The notes beneath the pieces were generated by a model that made no database searches, was not told the origin of the DNA, and saw nothing but the letters and a program-made list of their open reading frames with translations. A stretch of DNA of 64,000 nucleotides, taken from positions 16,562 through 80,561 of the forward strand of contig JAZSKB010000019.1 in NCBI GenBank assembly GCA_045534635.1, given 5' to 3'. This document shows positions 8,726-16,905 of the stretch, one piece after another. A program made the translations under genes and the position numbers. This DNA comes from Bacteroidales bacterium. GTDB taxonomy: Bacteria > Bacteroidota > Bacteroidia > Bacteroidales > WCHB1-69. Numbering within the stretch: the first letter of the stretch is position 1; every line of letters begins with the position of its first letter.

Positions 8726-11700
8726 CTATTCCGACACATTCCCATTTTTAAAGTTGAAATACATTGCACGACCCATTTCTTCCATTACTCTGTAAAAGAA
8801 TTGTTTATCCTCGAAAAGTTTTTGGAATGAATCCATTTGGTCCTCATAACATTTCATTGCAATCTTTTCAAAATATTTTGGGAAAATGTTTTTGGCAAAC
8901 ATATTCACATCAGAGTTTTTAGCCTGCTTAGACAATTTCTTTTTCTCTGACAGCATTTTGTCATAGATACTTTCCACTATTACACGGTCTGCTTCCGAGA
9001 AGTTCCCCGCATACATCAGGTTGATTTTCTCTATGATATTTTCCAACAAGTCTCTCTTTATATCCTTACCTTTTCCTGTACCTCCTTTTTCCCCTTTAAG
9101 TGTTTTATCTTCTACACTCGGATTCAATATTATGGCACCACTGGGTTGCACTTTGAACAAATGGTGTGTGAGTTTCAATTTTCCTTCCAAATCAACCTTT
9201 TCGTGTGGAGTTTTTGGGAGAAGTTTGAACAGAAATTCACAAAAGATATAGGTTTTAAAAAGTTCCTTGTCAAAAGTTCGTGCTATTTGTGCCATATAGG
9301 CATAGAAACGTATAAAAGAACGTATCAAAGAACGGAACTTGAATCTATCATCCTCTTCCAACTGGTTGAAATCATCTAAAACAGGTTTCAACAAGCTTGT
9401 CAATTTTCCAATTGACACGTTGTTCTGTTCAGACTTATACACGTCAAATACGGCATTTTCTGCACTTTCACTCCATAAATGGAAAGACTTTAAATCATTG
9501 AGATATTTATACACCATATTTACATCCACAGGTTCTCCAAGCATTGTGTCCTCATAAAATGGTTGGAATGATGCTTGGATGCTATCAGCAGAATTGCAGA
9601 AGTCAAACACATAGGTGTCGTTTTTGTCCGGATGACAACGATTAAGTCGGGATAAAGTTTGTACTGCTTTCACTCCTCTCAATCCCTTCAACACAAACAT
9701 TGTATGCAATAAAGGTTCGTCAAATCCTGTCTGATATTTCTCTGCAACGATAAGAACGTTAAACATATCACTTGAAAAATACAATGGAAGTGCGGATTCT
9801 GATATTTTCATATCAGAGGTGGAATTCATTTGGGTTTCTGTATATGCTTTTCCTTCGTAATTCACCTCACCGGAAAAAGCGACCAAGGGATGTATATCGG
9901 TGTATCCCTTTTTCTTGCAGTAATCCTTCATCGTCAGGTAGTATCTTACTGCGTGTGCTCTTGACGGAGATACCACCATTGCCTTTGCTTTTCCATTTAT
10001 TTTATGGAGCGTGATTTCTCTAAATTGTTCCACGATAACCTCTATGGTGTTTTCTATTACATACTGATGGTTGTCGTGATAGTCACGAATTGCCTTTGCG
10101 GCAGGTGGTTCTTCGTATTCAGGATTTTCGGGGATATTCTTCACTATTTCGTATGAAGTTTCTATTGGCGTAAAAAACTGCAAAACATCCAATATAAATC
10201 CTTCGTCAATTGCCTGCCGCATAGAATAATGATGGAAGGCGGTATATTTTAAATGTCCTTCTTTGTCTTTCCCGCACACTTCTCCAAAGGTCTGTAAAGT
10301 CTTTGGTTTTGGTGTTGCCGTAAAAGCATAGAAGAATTGATTTTTATGTTGTCCTTGTGTAAGAAGGGTTTCCACCATCACATCCATTTCGTCTTTGATG
10401 GATTCTTCGGTCTTGCCTTCAAGTTCTGCCATTTCTTTTAATGCTTCATCGGTGTCAGCAAGGGCAGCCTTTAATTTCTCGGCACTCTTGCCCGACTGAC
10501 TACTATGTGCTTCATCAACGATGATGGCAAATTTCTTTCCCTTATGGTTGTCAAATTCCTTGTAAATAAGTGGAAATCTATGCAAGGTTGTTATGATAAT
10601 TCTTTTCTTGTCATTGATAGCATCACGAAGGACAGTTGAGTTATCTTTGTCGGTGATGGTGGCAATTTGACCTTCATAGTGGTCAAATCCCAAGATGGTG
10701 TTTTGTAACTGACGGTTCAATACTCGTCTGTCAGTGATAACAAAAACAGATTGGAATACTTCTTTGTCCTCATAGTCGTGCAAAGATGCAAGACGATATG
10801 TCAGCCAAGCAATAGAATTTGATTTTCCTGAACCGGCAGAATGCTGAATCAAATAGTTTCTACCATCCTTTTGACCTTTGGTATCCGCTACCAATTTTTC
10901 CACTACATCAAATTGGTGATAACGAGGGAATATAAGTTGTGTTGTTTTCTTCTTCACTTGTTTTCCATTCTTCAACGATACTTTCGTGGTTTCTTCTTTA
11001 CTGATATATCGTTGAATAATAGAAAGGAAAGTGTCCCTGTTTAATATCTTTTCCCATAGATAGGATGTGGCATATCCATCGGGATTTTCAGGATTTCCTC
11101 CGTCACCAACGTTGCCGGCACCGTTACTACCTTGGTTAAACGGAAGAAAATAGGTATCTTCTCCTTTCAATTCGGTAGTCATTGCCACTTCGTAGAGGTC
11201 TACGGCAAAATAGACTAAAATACGGTTGTTGAAGTGAAAGATAAACTCCTTGGGGTCTCTGTCTTGCCGAAATTGGCGTTTGGCATTTTCCACCGATTGT
11301 CCTGTAAGTTGATTCTTTAATTCCAATGCTGCCACAGGAATTCCATTTAGGGACAAAACAATATCTATCGTGTTGTTATTTTGTGTGGAATAGGCAAACT
11401 GACGTGTCTCGGTTAGAATATTTTGGTGGTATTTCTCCACCAATTCCTCATTTAGATTAGAAGCCGGAACAAAGTATGCAAAACGAATTTCTATACCACG
11501 GTCTTTTATACCATTCCGCAAAACGTGAATGAGACCATAGTCACTAACATTTTGTTGAAATATGTTGTATAGTTGTTTCTCCGCCTTCTCGCCATAGACA
11601 TTCTTATATCTCTGCCAAGTTTTTGGCTGGGTTTTCTCAATAAACAACAACAACACAGGCATATCTATCGCCTTGATTTTGTCATAGGTGTGTTGATTTC

Positions 11701-11773
11701 CTTTTTCGTATCCTCCGTAATTGAGCAGATACGCCTCTATATCATTTTCAAAATTCTTTTCCTTTGTTTGCAT
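8726..11773 (-). CDS. hsdR: Type I restriction enzyme, R subunit
   Basis: 1015 aa. N-terminal Type I nuclease domain (IDIVLSLNGIPVAALELKNQLTGQSVENAKRQF) and SF2 helicase motifs (HSAGSGKSNS, IIVDEAHSSQSG). Confidence 0.9.
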   Translation of the reverse strand: MQTKEKNFENDIEAYLLNYGGYEKGNQHTYDKIKAIDMPVLLLFIEKTQPKTWQRYKNVYGEKAEKQLYNIFQQNVSDYGLIHVLRNGIKDRGIEIRFAYFVPASNLNEELVEKYHQNILTETRQFAYSTQNNNTIDIVLSLNGIPVAALELKNQLTGQSVENAKRQFRQDRDPKEFIFHFNNRILVYFAVDLYEVAMTTELKGEDTYFLPFNQGSNGAGNVGDGGNPENPDGYATSYLWEKILNRDTFLSIIQRYISKEETTKVSLKNGKQVKKKTTQLIFPRYHQFDVVEKLVADTKGQKDGRNYLIQHSAGSGKSNSIAWLTYRLASLHDYEDKEVFQSVFVITDRRVLNRQLQNTILGFDHYEGQIATITDKDNSTVLRDAINDKKRIIITTLHRFPLIYKEFDNHKGKKFAIIVDEAHSSQSGKSAEKLKAALADTDEALKEMAELEGKTEESIKDEMDVMVETLLTQGQHKNQFFYAFTATPKPKTLQTFGEVCGKDKEGHLKYTAFHHYSMRQAIDEGFILDVLQFFTPIETSYEIVKNIPENPEYEEPPAAKAIRDYHDNHQYVIENTIEVIVEQFREITLHKINGKAKAMVVSPSRAHAVRYYLTMKDYCKKKGYTDIHPLVAFSGEVNYEGKAYTETQMNSTSDMKISESALPLYFSSDMFNVLIVAEKYQTGFDEPLLHTMFVLKGLRGVKAVQTLSRLNRCHPDKNDTYVFDFCNSADSIQASFQPFYEDTMLGEPVDVNMVYKYLNDLKSFHLWSESAENAVFDVYKSEQNNVSIGKLTSLLKPVLDDFNQLEEDDRFKFRSLIRSFIRFYAYMAQIARTFDKELFKTYIFCEFLFKLLPKTPHEKVDLEGKLKLTHHLFKVQPSGAIILNPSVEDKTLKGEKGGTGKGKDIKRDLLENIIEKINLMYAGNFSEADRVIVESIYDKMLSEKKKLSKQAKNSDVNMFAKNIFPKYFEKIAMKCYEDQMDSFQKLFEDKQFFYRVMEEMGRAMYFNFKNGNVSE

Positions 11774-11782
11774 AATGACTTA

Positions 11783-12646
11783 CTATTTTCTAATGGCATT
11801 CCATCTTTCTTTCATATCCTCTTCATATATCGCCTTGTTGTATGAATACCCGATAGGGTCGCCTGCTGACATTTCTATGGTGAAGAAAACATATTGCGGG
11901 TCATAGTCCAAGTAGATTTGCTTGACTTCGTGCGTAATCACGGTGAAATCAATGGGCTCCCTGTCTTTCCAAGGATGGGATTCTGACACCTCCTTTTTCA
12001 GAACCTTATGGTTCTTGGAGTAACTGTTGGAGACCTCCTCGGTCTTGTTCTCGAAAATCACCTTGAGACTGCCGCTCATATTGGCGTAACTAATAGTTTT
12101 ACCTGTATGGTTGACCACCTTCCCTTGGATTTTGTAGGAAACACCTTTACCCGACAACATCAAGGTGTCAGCGGTTACATCAGCGATTTCGAACGGAGCA
12201 TCTTTGTCCAATCGGGAGTGTCCGTACTCTCTTAACATATATTCTTTAGTGTTTATGAACACGACGGTCTTTTCTTTGATGTTCACTTCCCAAAACTGTC
12301 CCCAATCCTCTTCGTTCACAAAGCCCACCTGATAAACATTCTTTGCGTCCGTTGCCTCTGCTATCCAATGAAACTTTTCGTTGGAATGCTGCTCTGCTAC
12401 CACATTGGAAAAATCCAACCAAGTGGACTCATCGTAGTCCAATCCCAACAGAGAGAACCCCGCCTTAATCACAAATCGGGACAGGACATCATCTGCATCG
12501 CCAAACTGACCGACAAAGGTTGGGTCTAACTGAATTTTGGATTCCTGGCATATCTTGATTGCCTCCTGCTCCCGCTTTGACTCGCAGGAACAGATGAGTA
12601 TCGTGTAGCATAACAGCAGCGGTATTATTGGAATTGTTCTTCTCAT
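11783..12646 (-). CDS. hypothetical lipoprotein encoded inside the Type I R-M operon
   Basis: N-terminus MRRTIPIIPLLLCYTILICSCES (signal peptide with Cys). It lies 12 nt after the hsdS stop and 9 nt before the hsdR start. No domain recognised. Confidence 0.6.
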   Translation of the reverse strand: MRRTIPIIPLLLCYTILICSCESKREQEAIKICQESKIQLDPTFVGQFGDADDVLSRFVIKAGFSLLGLDYDESTWLDFSNVVAEQHSNEKFHWIAEATDAKNVYQVGFVNEEDWGQFWEVNIKEKTVVFINTKEYMLREYGHSRLDKDAPFEIADVTADTLMLSGKGVSYKIQGKVVNHTGKTISYANMSGSLKVIFENKTEEVSNSYSKNHKVLKKEVSESHPWKDREPIDFTVITHEVKQIYLDYDPQYVFFTIEMSAGDPIGYSYNKAIYEEDMKERWNAIRK

Positions 12647-12658
12647 AATCGTATGGTG

Positions 12659-13966
12659 TTATATTTCCTTTTTCCCCGTCACATACTCGAATATGACGGA
12701 TTTCTTGTATTCCTTCAATGCCTCAATCTTCTGCTGCTTGATGGCTATCAGTTCGTCAATCTCTGTGCATTTGCGGTCAAGGTAGTCGGCAATGGCACGC
12801 TGCTCGGTGAGAGGGGGAAGAAACACTGGGATGCACGCCAGTTTATCTTGTCGCAAATTGATTCGGATAAAACCTTTCGCTTCTTGTCTAATAAATTCTC
12901 GAATAAGGTGCGAGGAAATATGGTAAAACAAATATTTGGCACAAACAGTAGGATTTGAGATACGGAAACCTTTGCAAAAACTATTCAAAGATAGATTGTC
13001 AATCTGCTCTTCTATGATGGCAGGTTTTCCTACACCATCATAGTCCTCCGAACTCATTAAAAATAAGAGGTCATTCTTTAGAACAAGGTTCTGAACTTCC
13101 CCTTCTTCAATTCTGACCTTGAATAATTGTTCTGTGTCAATTACGCTATTGTTGAAAATATTGGTAAAAGGAATGAACAACATATAAGGACAATTACTTT
13201 CGTCATCCACATTAAAATCATCACCTGATTTTCCCGTTAATCCTCCATACAAATATCCTAAATTCTTCAACCGTTTCACTTCCCACCCTTCAGGTATCTC
13301 CCCAATCCATTCCACGCCGCTGTCCTTCATCGGCACATTGGGGTCAAGTCCTTTGGTAACGGCTTCGGTGATAACCGACTGCTTGTAGCGTTTGAGTTCG
13401 GCAATCATCTTCTCCTGCAATGCGGCCAGTTCGTCTATCTCGGCACACTTGCGGTCGAGGAAGTCGGCGATGCGCTGCTGGGTGGGGAAAGGAGGAATTG
13501 GCAGCAAGGATTCCGCAAAATCTTTGTACTGAATGTTCTTTCCCTCTCGGATACCCACAACCAAAGAGTTCATTTTGCTTATAAATCCATAGGACTTGAA
13601 CAGATATTTGTAGTATTTGTGAAAGATACTTTGTGTGCTATAGAACACTTGGTAAGCAGGAGAACACACGCCTTCATAATCAGACATTTCAAAGCCACCT
13701 TGAAAACTTCTTAAACTAATAACGAAATCTCCAACATGAACGGTCTTAAAGGTTTGTAAATCGGTATCCAACTTAACTTGCACAACACCTTCAAGTAGTG
13801 CTTGTGGTATCATTCCACTTTTTTGTGTTGCTGCTAACAATACGGGTGATTCATTCCCTTTGGTATTTCTTTGGGAAAAAAAATGTTTCCCCTTCTCAAC
13901 GCACCAGTCATTAGGAATCATTCCTATCCAATCCACACTGCTGTCTTTCATTTTCCGTTCCATCAT
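12659..13966 (-). CDS. hsdS: Type I R-M specificity subunit (two target recognition domains)
   Basis: 435 aa. It contains two copies of the conserved spacer helix (QQRIADFLDRKCAEIDELAALQEKMIAELKRYKQSVITEAVTKG and EQRAIADYLDRKCTEIDELIAIKQQKIEALKEYKKSVIFEYVTG). Confidence 0.9.
   Translation of the reverse strand: MMERKMKDSSVDWIGMIPNDWCVEKGKHFFSQRNTKGNESPVLLAATQKSGMIPQALLEGVVQVKLDTDLQTFKTVHVGDFVISLRSFQGGFEMSDYEGVCSPAYQVFYSTQSIFHKYYKYLFKSYGFISKMNSLVVGIREGKNIQYKDFAESLLPIPPFPTQQRIADFLDRKCAEIDELAALQEKMIAELKRYKQSVITEAVTKGLDPNVPMKDSGVEWIGEIPEGWEVKRLKNLGYLYGGLTGKSGDDFNVDDESNCPYMLFIPFTNIFNNSVIDTEQLFKVRIEEGEVQNLVLKNDLLFLMSSEDYDGVGKPAIIEEQIDNLSLNSFCKGFRISNPTVCAKYLFYHISSHLIREFIRQEAKGFIRINLRQDKLACIPVFLPPLTEQRAIADYLDRKCTEIDELIAIKQQKIEALKEYKKSVIFEYVTGKKEI
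12749..12817. repeat. hsdS conserved-region repeat, C-terminal copy
   Basis: cagttcgtcaatctc..ttgcggtcaaggtagtcggcaatg..gctgct. About 80 percent identical by eye to 13427-13492. Confidence 0.7.
13427..13492. repeat. hsdS conserved-region repeat, central copy
   Basis: cagttcgtctatctc..ttgcggtcgaggaagtcggcgatgcgctgct. Direct repeat of 12749-12817. Confidence 0.7.
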
Positions 13967-15108
13967 TTTTCTTCGTTATGTGTTTCGTTGTATTCCTCAA
14001 TCCATTCCTTCAGTTTTGCCTGCAGCAGAGCCTTGTCGGGCAGGTAGAGCTGATAGGCCGTGGCGTAGATGTTGGCATCCTTGGGCAATGTCAGTTCCAC
14101 AAGGGCATCCTTCTTGCTCTCGCAAAGCAGAATGCCAATGGTCGGATTTTCGTAATCCTGTTTCACGTAACGGTCATAATAATTGACGTACATCTGCATC
14201 TGACCGAGGTCATGATGGGTCAGCTTGTCAGTTTTGAGGTCGATCAAAACATAGCATTGCAGCAGACGGTTGTAGAATACGAGGTCAACATAATAATTTT
14301 CCTCATCGAAGGTGAATCGTTTCTGCCGTTTTTCGAAAAGGAAACCCTTTCCCAGCTCCAAAAGGAAGTTCTGCAACTTGCCGATAATGGCATTTTCCAA
14401 TTTTGTTTCCGAGTAGGTCGCATCGGGTTTAAGCCCAAGGAACTCCAGCGATATCGGGTTTTTGATGATGTCGGAAGGTTTCTCTATGGTCTGTCCCTCT
14501 TTTGCAAGCCGCATCACCTCGTCCTTGTTCCGGCTCAACGCCAGACGCTCGTAGAGGCTGCTGCCCACCTGTCGGCTAAGTTGGCGGACACTCCATTGCT
14601 GCTGTGCACATTCTATCTCATAAAAGTTGCGGGCATCAGGGTTGTCAATACGCATCAATACCAGATAATGGCTCCATGAAAGCGTGAAATTGGGTAAACA
14701 CTGTTGACCATTTCCGAAAACAGCGTTTTGAGTTTCATTTCCAATTTCGTCCACACTGTCGACGATATTCAATTGGGTCCACACTGTCGACCCAATTTGC
14801 GATGAGCTGTAAACACTATAAAAAAAACGGCATTTCTTCAATGTTTCAACAGACCAACCGTCGCCGAAGTGCTTTGTAAGACGATCGGACAAACCTATCA
14901 GCACTTGTTTTCCATACTGCGCACGATGTTGTCCTTGCTGCTCGTCCTCAACAATGTATCTGCCAATAGTGTATTTTGTATAAACCTCAGCAATATTTAC
15001 CGAAGTCGCCACGTGCCTGCGTGCCTGCTCGATAAGGGAGGCAACCCTTTCAAAAAGAGCATCTACATTATCAGCTTCTTGCATTTGAATTATATCTTTT
15101 TCAGCCAT
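13963..15108 (-). CDS. DUF1016/YhcG-family PDDEXK nuclease domain protein
   Basis: N-terminal region LFERVASLIEQARRHVATSVNIAEVYTKYTIGRYIVEDEQQGQHRAQYGKQ and C-terminal nuclease core YVDLVFYNRLLQCYVLIDLKTDKLTHHDLGQMQMYVNYY. Its stop overlaps the hsdS start (ATGA). Confidence 0.8.
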   Translation of the reverse strand: MAEKDIIQMQEADNVDALFERVASLIEQARRHVATSVNIAEVYTKYTIGRYIVEDEQQGQHRAQYGKQVLIGLSDRLTKHFGDGWSVETLKKCRFFYSVYSSSQIGSTVWTQLNIVDSVDEIGNETQNAVFGNGQQCLPNFTLSWSHYLVLMRIDNPDARNFYEIECAQQQWSVRQLSRQVGSSLYERLALSRNKDEVMRLAKEGQTIEKPSDIIKNPISLEFLGLKPDATYSETKLENAIIGKLQNFLLELGKGFLFEKRQKRFTFDEENYYVDLVFYNRLLQCYVLIDLKTDKLTHHDLGQMQMYVNYYDRYVKQDYENPTIGILLCESKKDALVELTLPKDANIYATAYQLYLPDKALLQAKLKEWIEEYNETHNEEK

Positions 15109-15159
15109 ATTGTCTTCAAATATTATCTTTGTAAAAATGCCACATTTCGCTATCTTGAC

Positions 15160-16887
15160 CTATCCCAAAATCTTGTTCATCAATTCGGTCTCCTTCGCCT
15201 CCAACTCTTTGAGGTGGGCAAAGATTTTGTCGCTCGCCTCCAATGGAACATACTTGTAGAACTCCCTTGTGAAAGGAATTTCATACCCAATCTTGGTCTG
15301 CTTCTCCACTATCTTCGCCTTGGGTTGGAACGGCAGCACGTTCTTTTTCATATACTCTTTTACGTCTTCCTTCCACGGAATAATTTCGGTGTCCTTTTCT
15401 GGTTTCGTATTCTTATCAGATGGAAATTCCACTGTCACCTTGCGGAATTTGAAATCCTCGTTATCTTTCACCTTGCTCTCCACCACCAAATCACCGTCGG
15501 TATAAGTGGCATCCTTAAAGGCGTTGTAGGCTTTCATAATCAAGTCGATACAGGTGTCGTCAAACTCATTACGTTTGTTTCCCAACGGCTTGCGGCGTTT
15601 CACGCTGCACTTGGTCGCATCTATCAGTTGCACCTTGCCCGCACGCTCGGCACTCTTGTCTTTGGTAATCACCCAAATGTATGTGGCAATGCCCGTGTTG
15701 TAGAACATATCGTTGGGTATCTGCACAATGGCTTCGATCCAATCGTTTTCTAACAAATAACCACGAATATTACTTTCACCGCTTCCTGCATCTCCTTTGA
15801 ACAAAGGGGAACCATTTTGGATAATGGCCATACGACCGGTGTTTTTCAACTTGGCAACGCCATTTAGCACGAACAACTGCTGGCTGTCACCGATAGCGGG
15901 AAGTCCTGCACCAAAACGACCATAATCACCTTTCTTGTGTTCTTCTACTACTGCTTTTTGAGCTCTTTTCCACTCTCTGCCAAATGGTGGATTGGAAATA
16001 ATATAATCAAAAGTAAAACCTTCAAATTGGTCATTGGCAAGTGTATCACCGTGTTTCATATTTTCAGCATCTCCACCCTTAATCAACATATTAGATTTGG
16101 CAATGGCAAAGGTCTGGTCGTTTATTTCCTGCCCGAACTCGGTAAGATTGGCATTGGGGTCAATTTCGTGCAATTTTTCGGATAAACAGTCTAACATTTG
16201 AGAGGTTCCCATTGCCATATCATAAATGGTGGCAGTTATGCCTTCTTTATATAGGTATGCTTTATTTGATGCAACCAATAATTCTGCCATCAAGTAGATA
16301 ATATCACGGGCAGTAAAATGCTCTCCGGCACCTTCATTGTAACTTTCAGAAAATTTTCTAACCAATTCTTCAAAAATGTATCCCATATCAACTGCCGAAA
16401 TCTCATCGGCACCCATATATGCCTTTTTGGAACAAAATTCTTGAATGATATAATATAAGATTCCGTTGTTGCCAAGTTTGGTGATTTCTTCATCAAATTT
16501 AAACTTTTCCAAAATGTCAATCACATTGGTAGAAAAGTGATTCAAATAGGAACGAAAGTTGTCGGCAATATTATCGGGGTCAGAAAGAAGACCTTCAAAA
16601 GTGAATTTGGAGGTATTGTAGAAATCGTAACCAGATGCTGAACGGAGAAATCCATCTTTTACCTGTATGTTTCTTTTGTCTAATTCCTCGTTCTTTTTTA
16701 TCACCTTATCTTTGGTGCCTGCAAGAGTATCTGAAAAACGTTTAATCACACACATTGGCAACACCACATTACCATATTCGTGGGGTTTGTAAATTCCTTG
16801 TAGCTTGTCGGCAATTGCCCAAATGAGGTTCGCTTTCTCTTGAATATTCACGGTAGTCCGCTTCTGAATCTCTGTTACTGTTTTCAT
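15160..16887 (-). CDS. hsdM: Type I R-M N6-adenine DNA methyltransferase subunit
   Basis: 575 aa. HsdM N-terminal domain (LIWAIADKLQGIYKPHEYGNVVLPMCVIKRF) and the catalytic motif IISNPPFG. Confidence 0.9.
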   Translation of the reverse strand: MKTVTEIQKRTTVNIQEKANLIWAIADKLQGIYKPHEYGNVVLPMCVIKRFSDTLAGTKDKVIKKNEELDKRNIQVKDGFLRSASGYDFYNTSKFTFEGLLSDPDNIADNFRSYLNHFSTNVIDILEKFKFDEEITKLGNNGILYYIIQEFCSKKAYMGADEISAVDMGYIFEELVRKFSESYNEGAGEHFTARDIIYLMAELLVASNKAYLYKEGITATIYDMAMGTSQMLDCLSEKLHEIDPNANLTEFGQEINDQTFAIAKSNMLIKGGDAENMKHGDTLANDQFEGFTFDYIISNPPFGREWKRAQKAVVEEHKKGDYGRFGAGLPAIGDSQQLFVLNGVAKLKNTGRMAIIQNGSPLFKGDAGSGESNIRGYLLENDWIEAIVQIPNDMFYNTGIATYIWVITKDKSAERAGKVQLIDATKCSVKRRKPLGNKRNEFDDTCIDLIMKAYNAFKDATYTDGDLVVESKVKDNEDFKFRKVTVEFPSDKNTKPEKDTEIIPWKEDVKEYMKKNVLPFQPKAKIVEKQTKIGYEIPFTREFYKYVPLEASDKIFAHLKELEAKETELMNKILG

Positions 16888-16905
16888 AGTAAATTTTATA
16901 CTTCA

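Noticed and set aside
15123-15130. TATCTTTG promoter-like motif on the plus strand in the hsdM-DUF1016 spacer, pointing antisense into hsdM
   Set aside because: It is tempting as an antisense regulator of the R-M operon. However, at this base composition I roughly estimate that the degenerate 8-mer TAnnTTTG occurs by chance about once per 1-1.5 kb per strand. Nothing else (terminator, ORF, structure) supports a plus-strand transcript here.
13978-15753. Long plus-strand ORFs (13978-14679, 233 aa; 14869-15753, 294 aa) antisense to the DUF1016 and hsdM genes
   Set aside because: They lie entirely opposite strongly supported genes in the GC-richer island, where stop codons are rarer. Their translations are low-complexity and Leu/Phe/His-rich, with no recognisable motifs.
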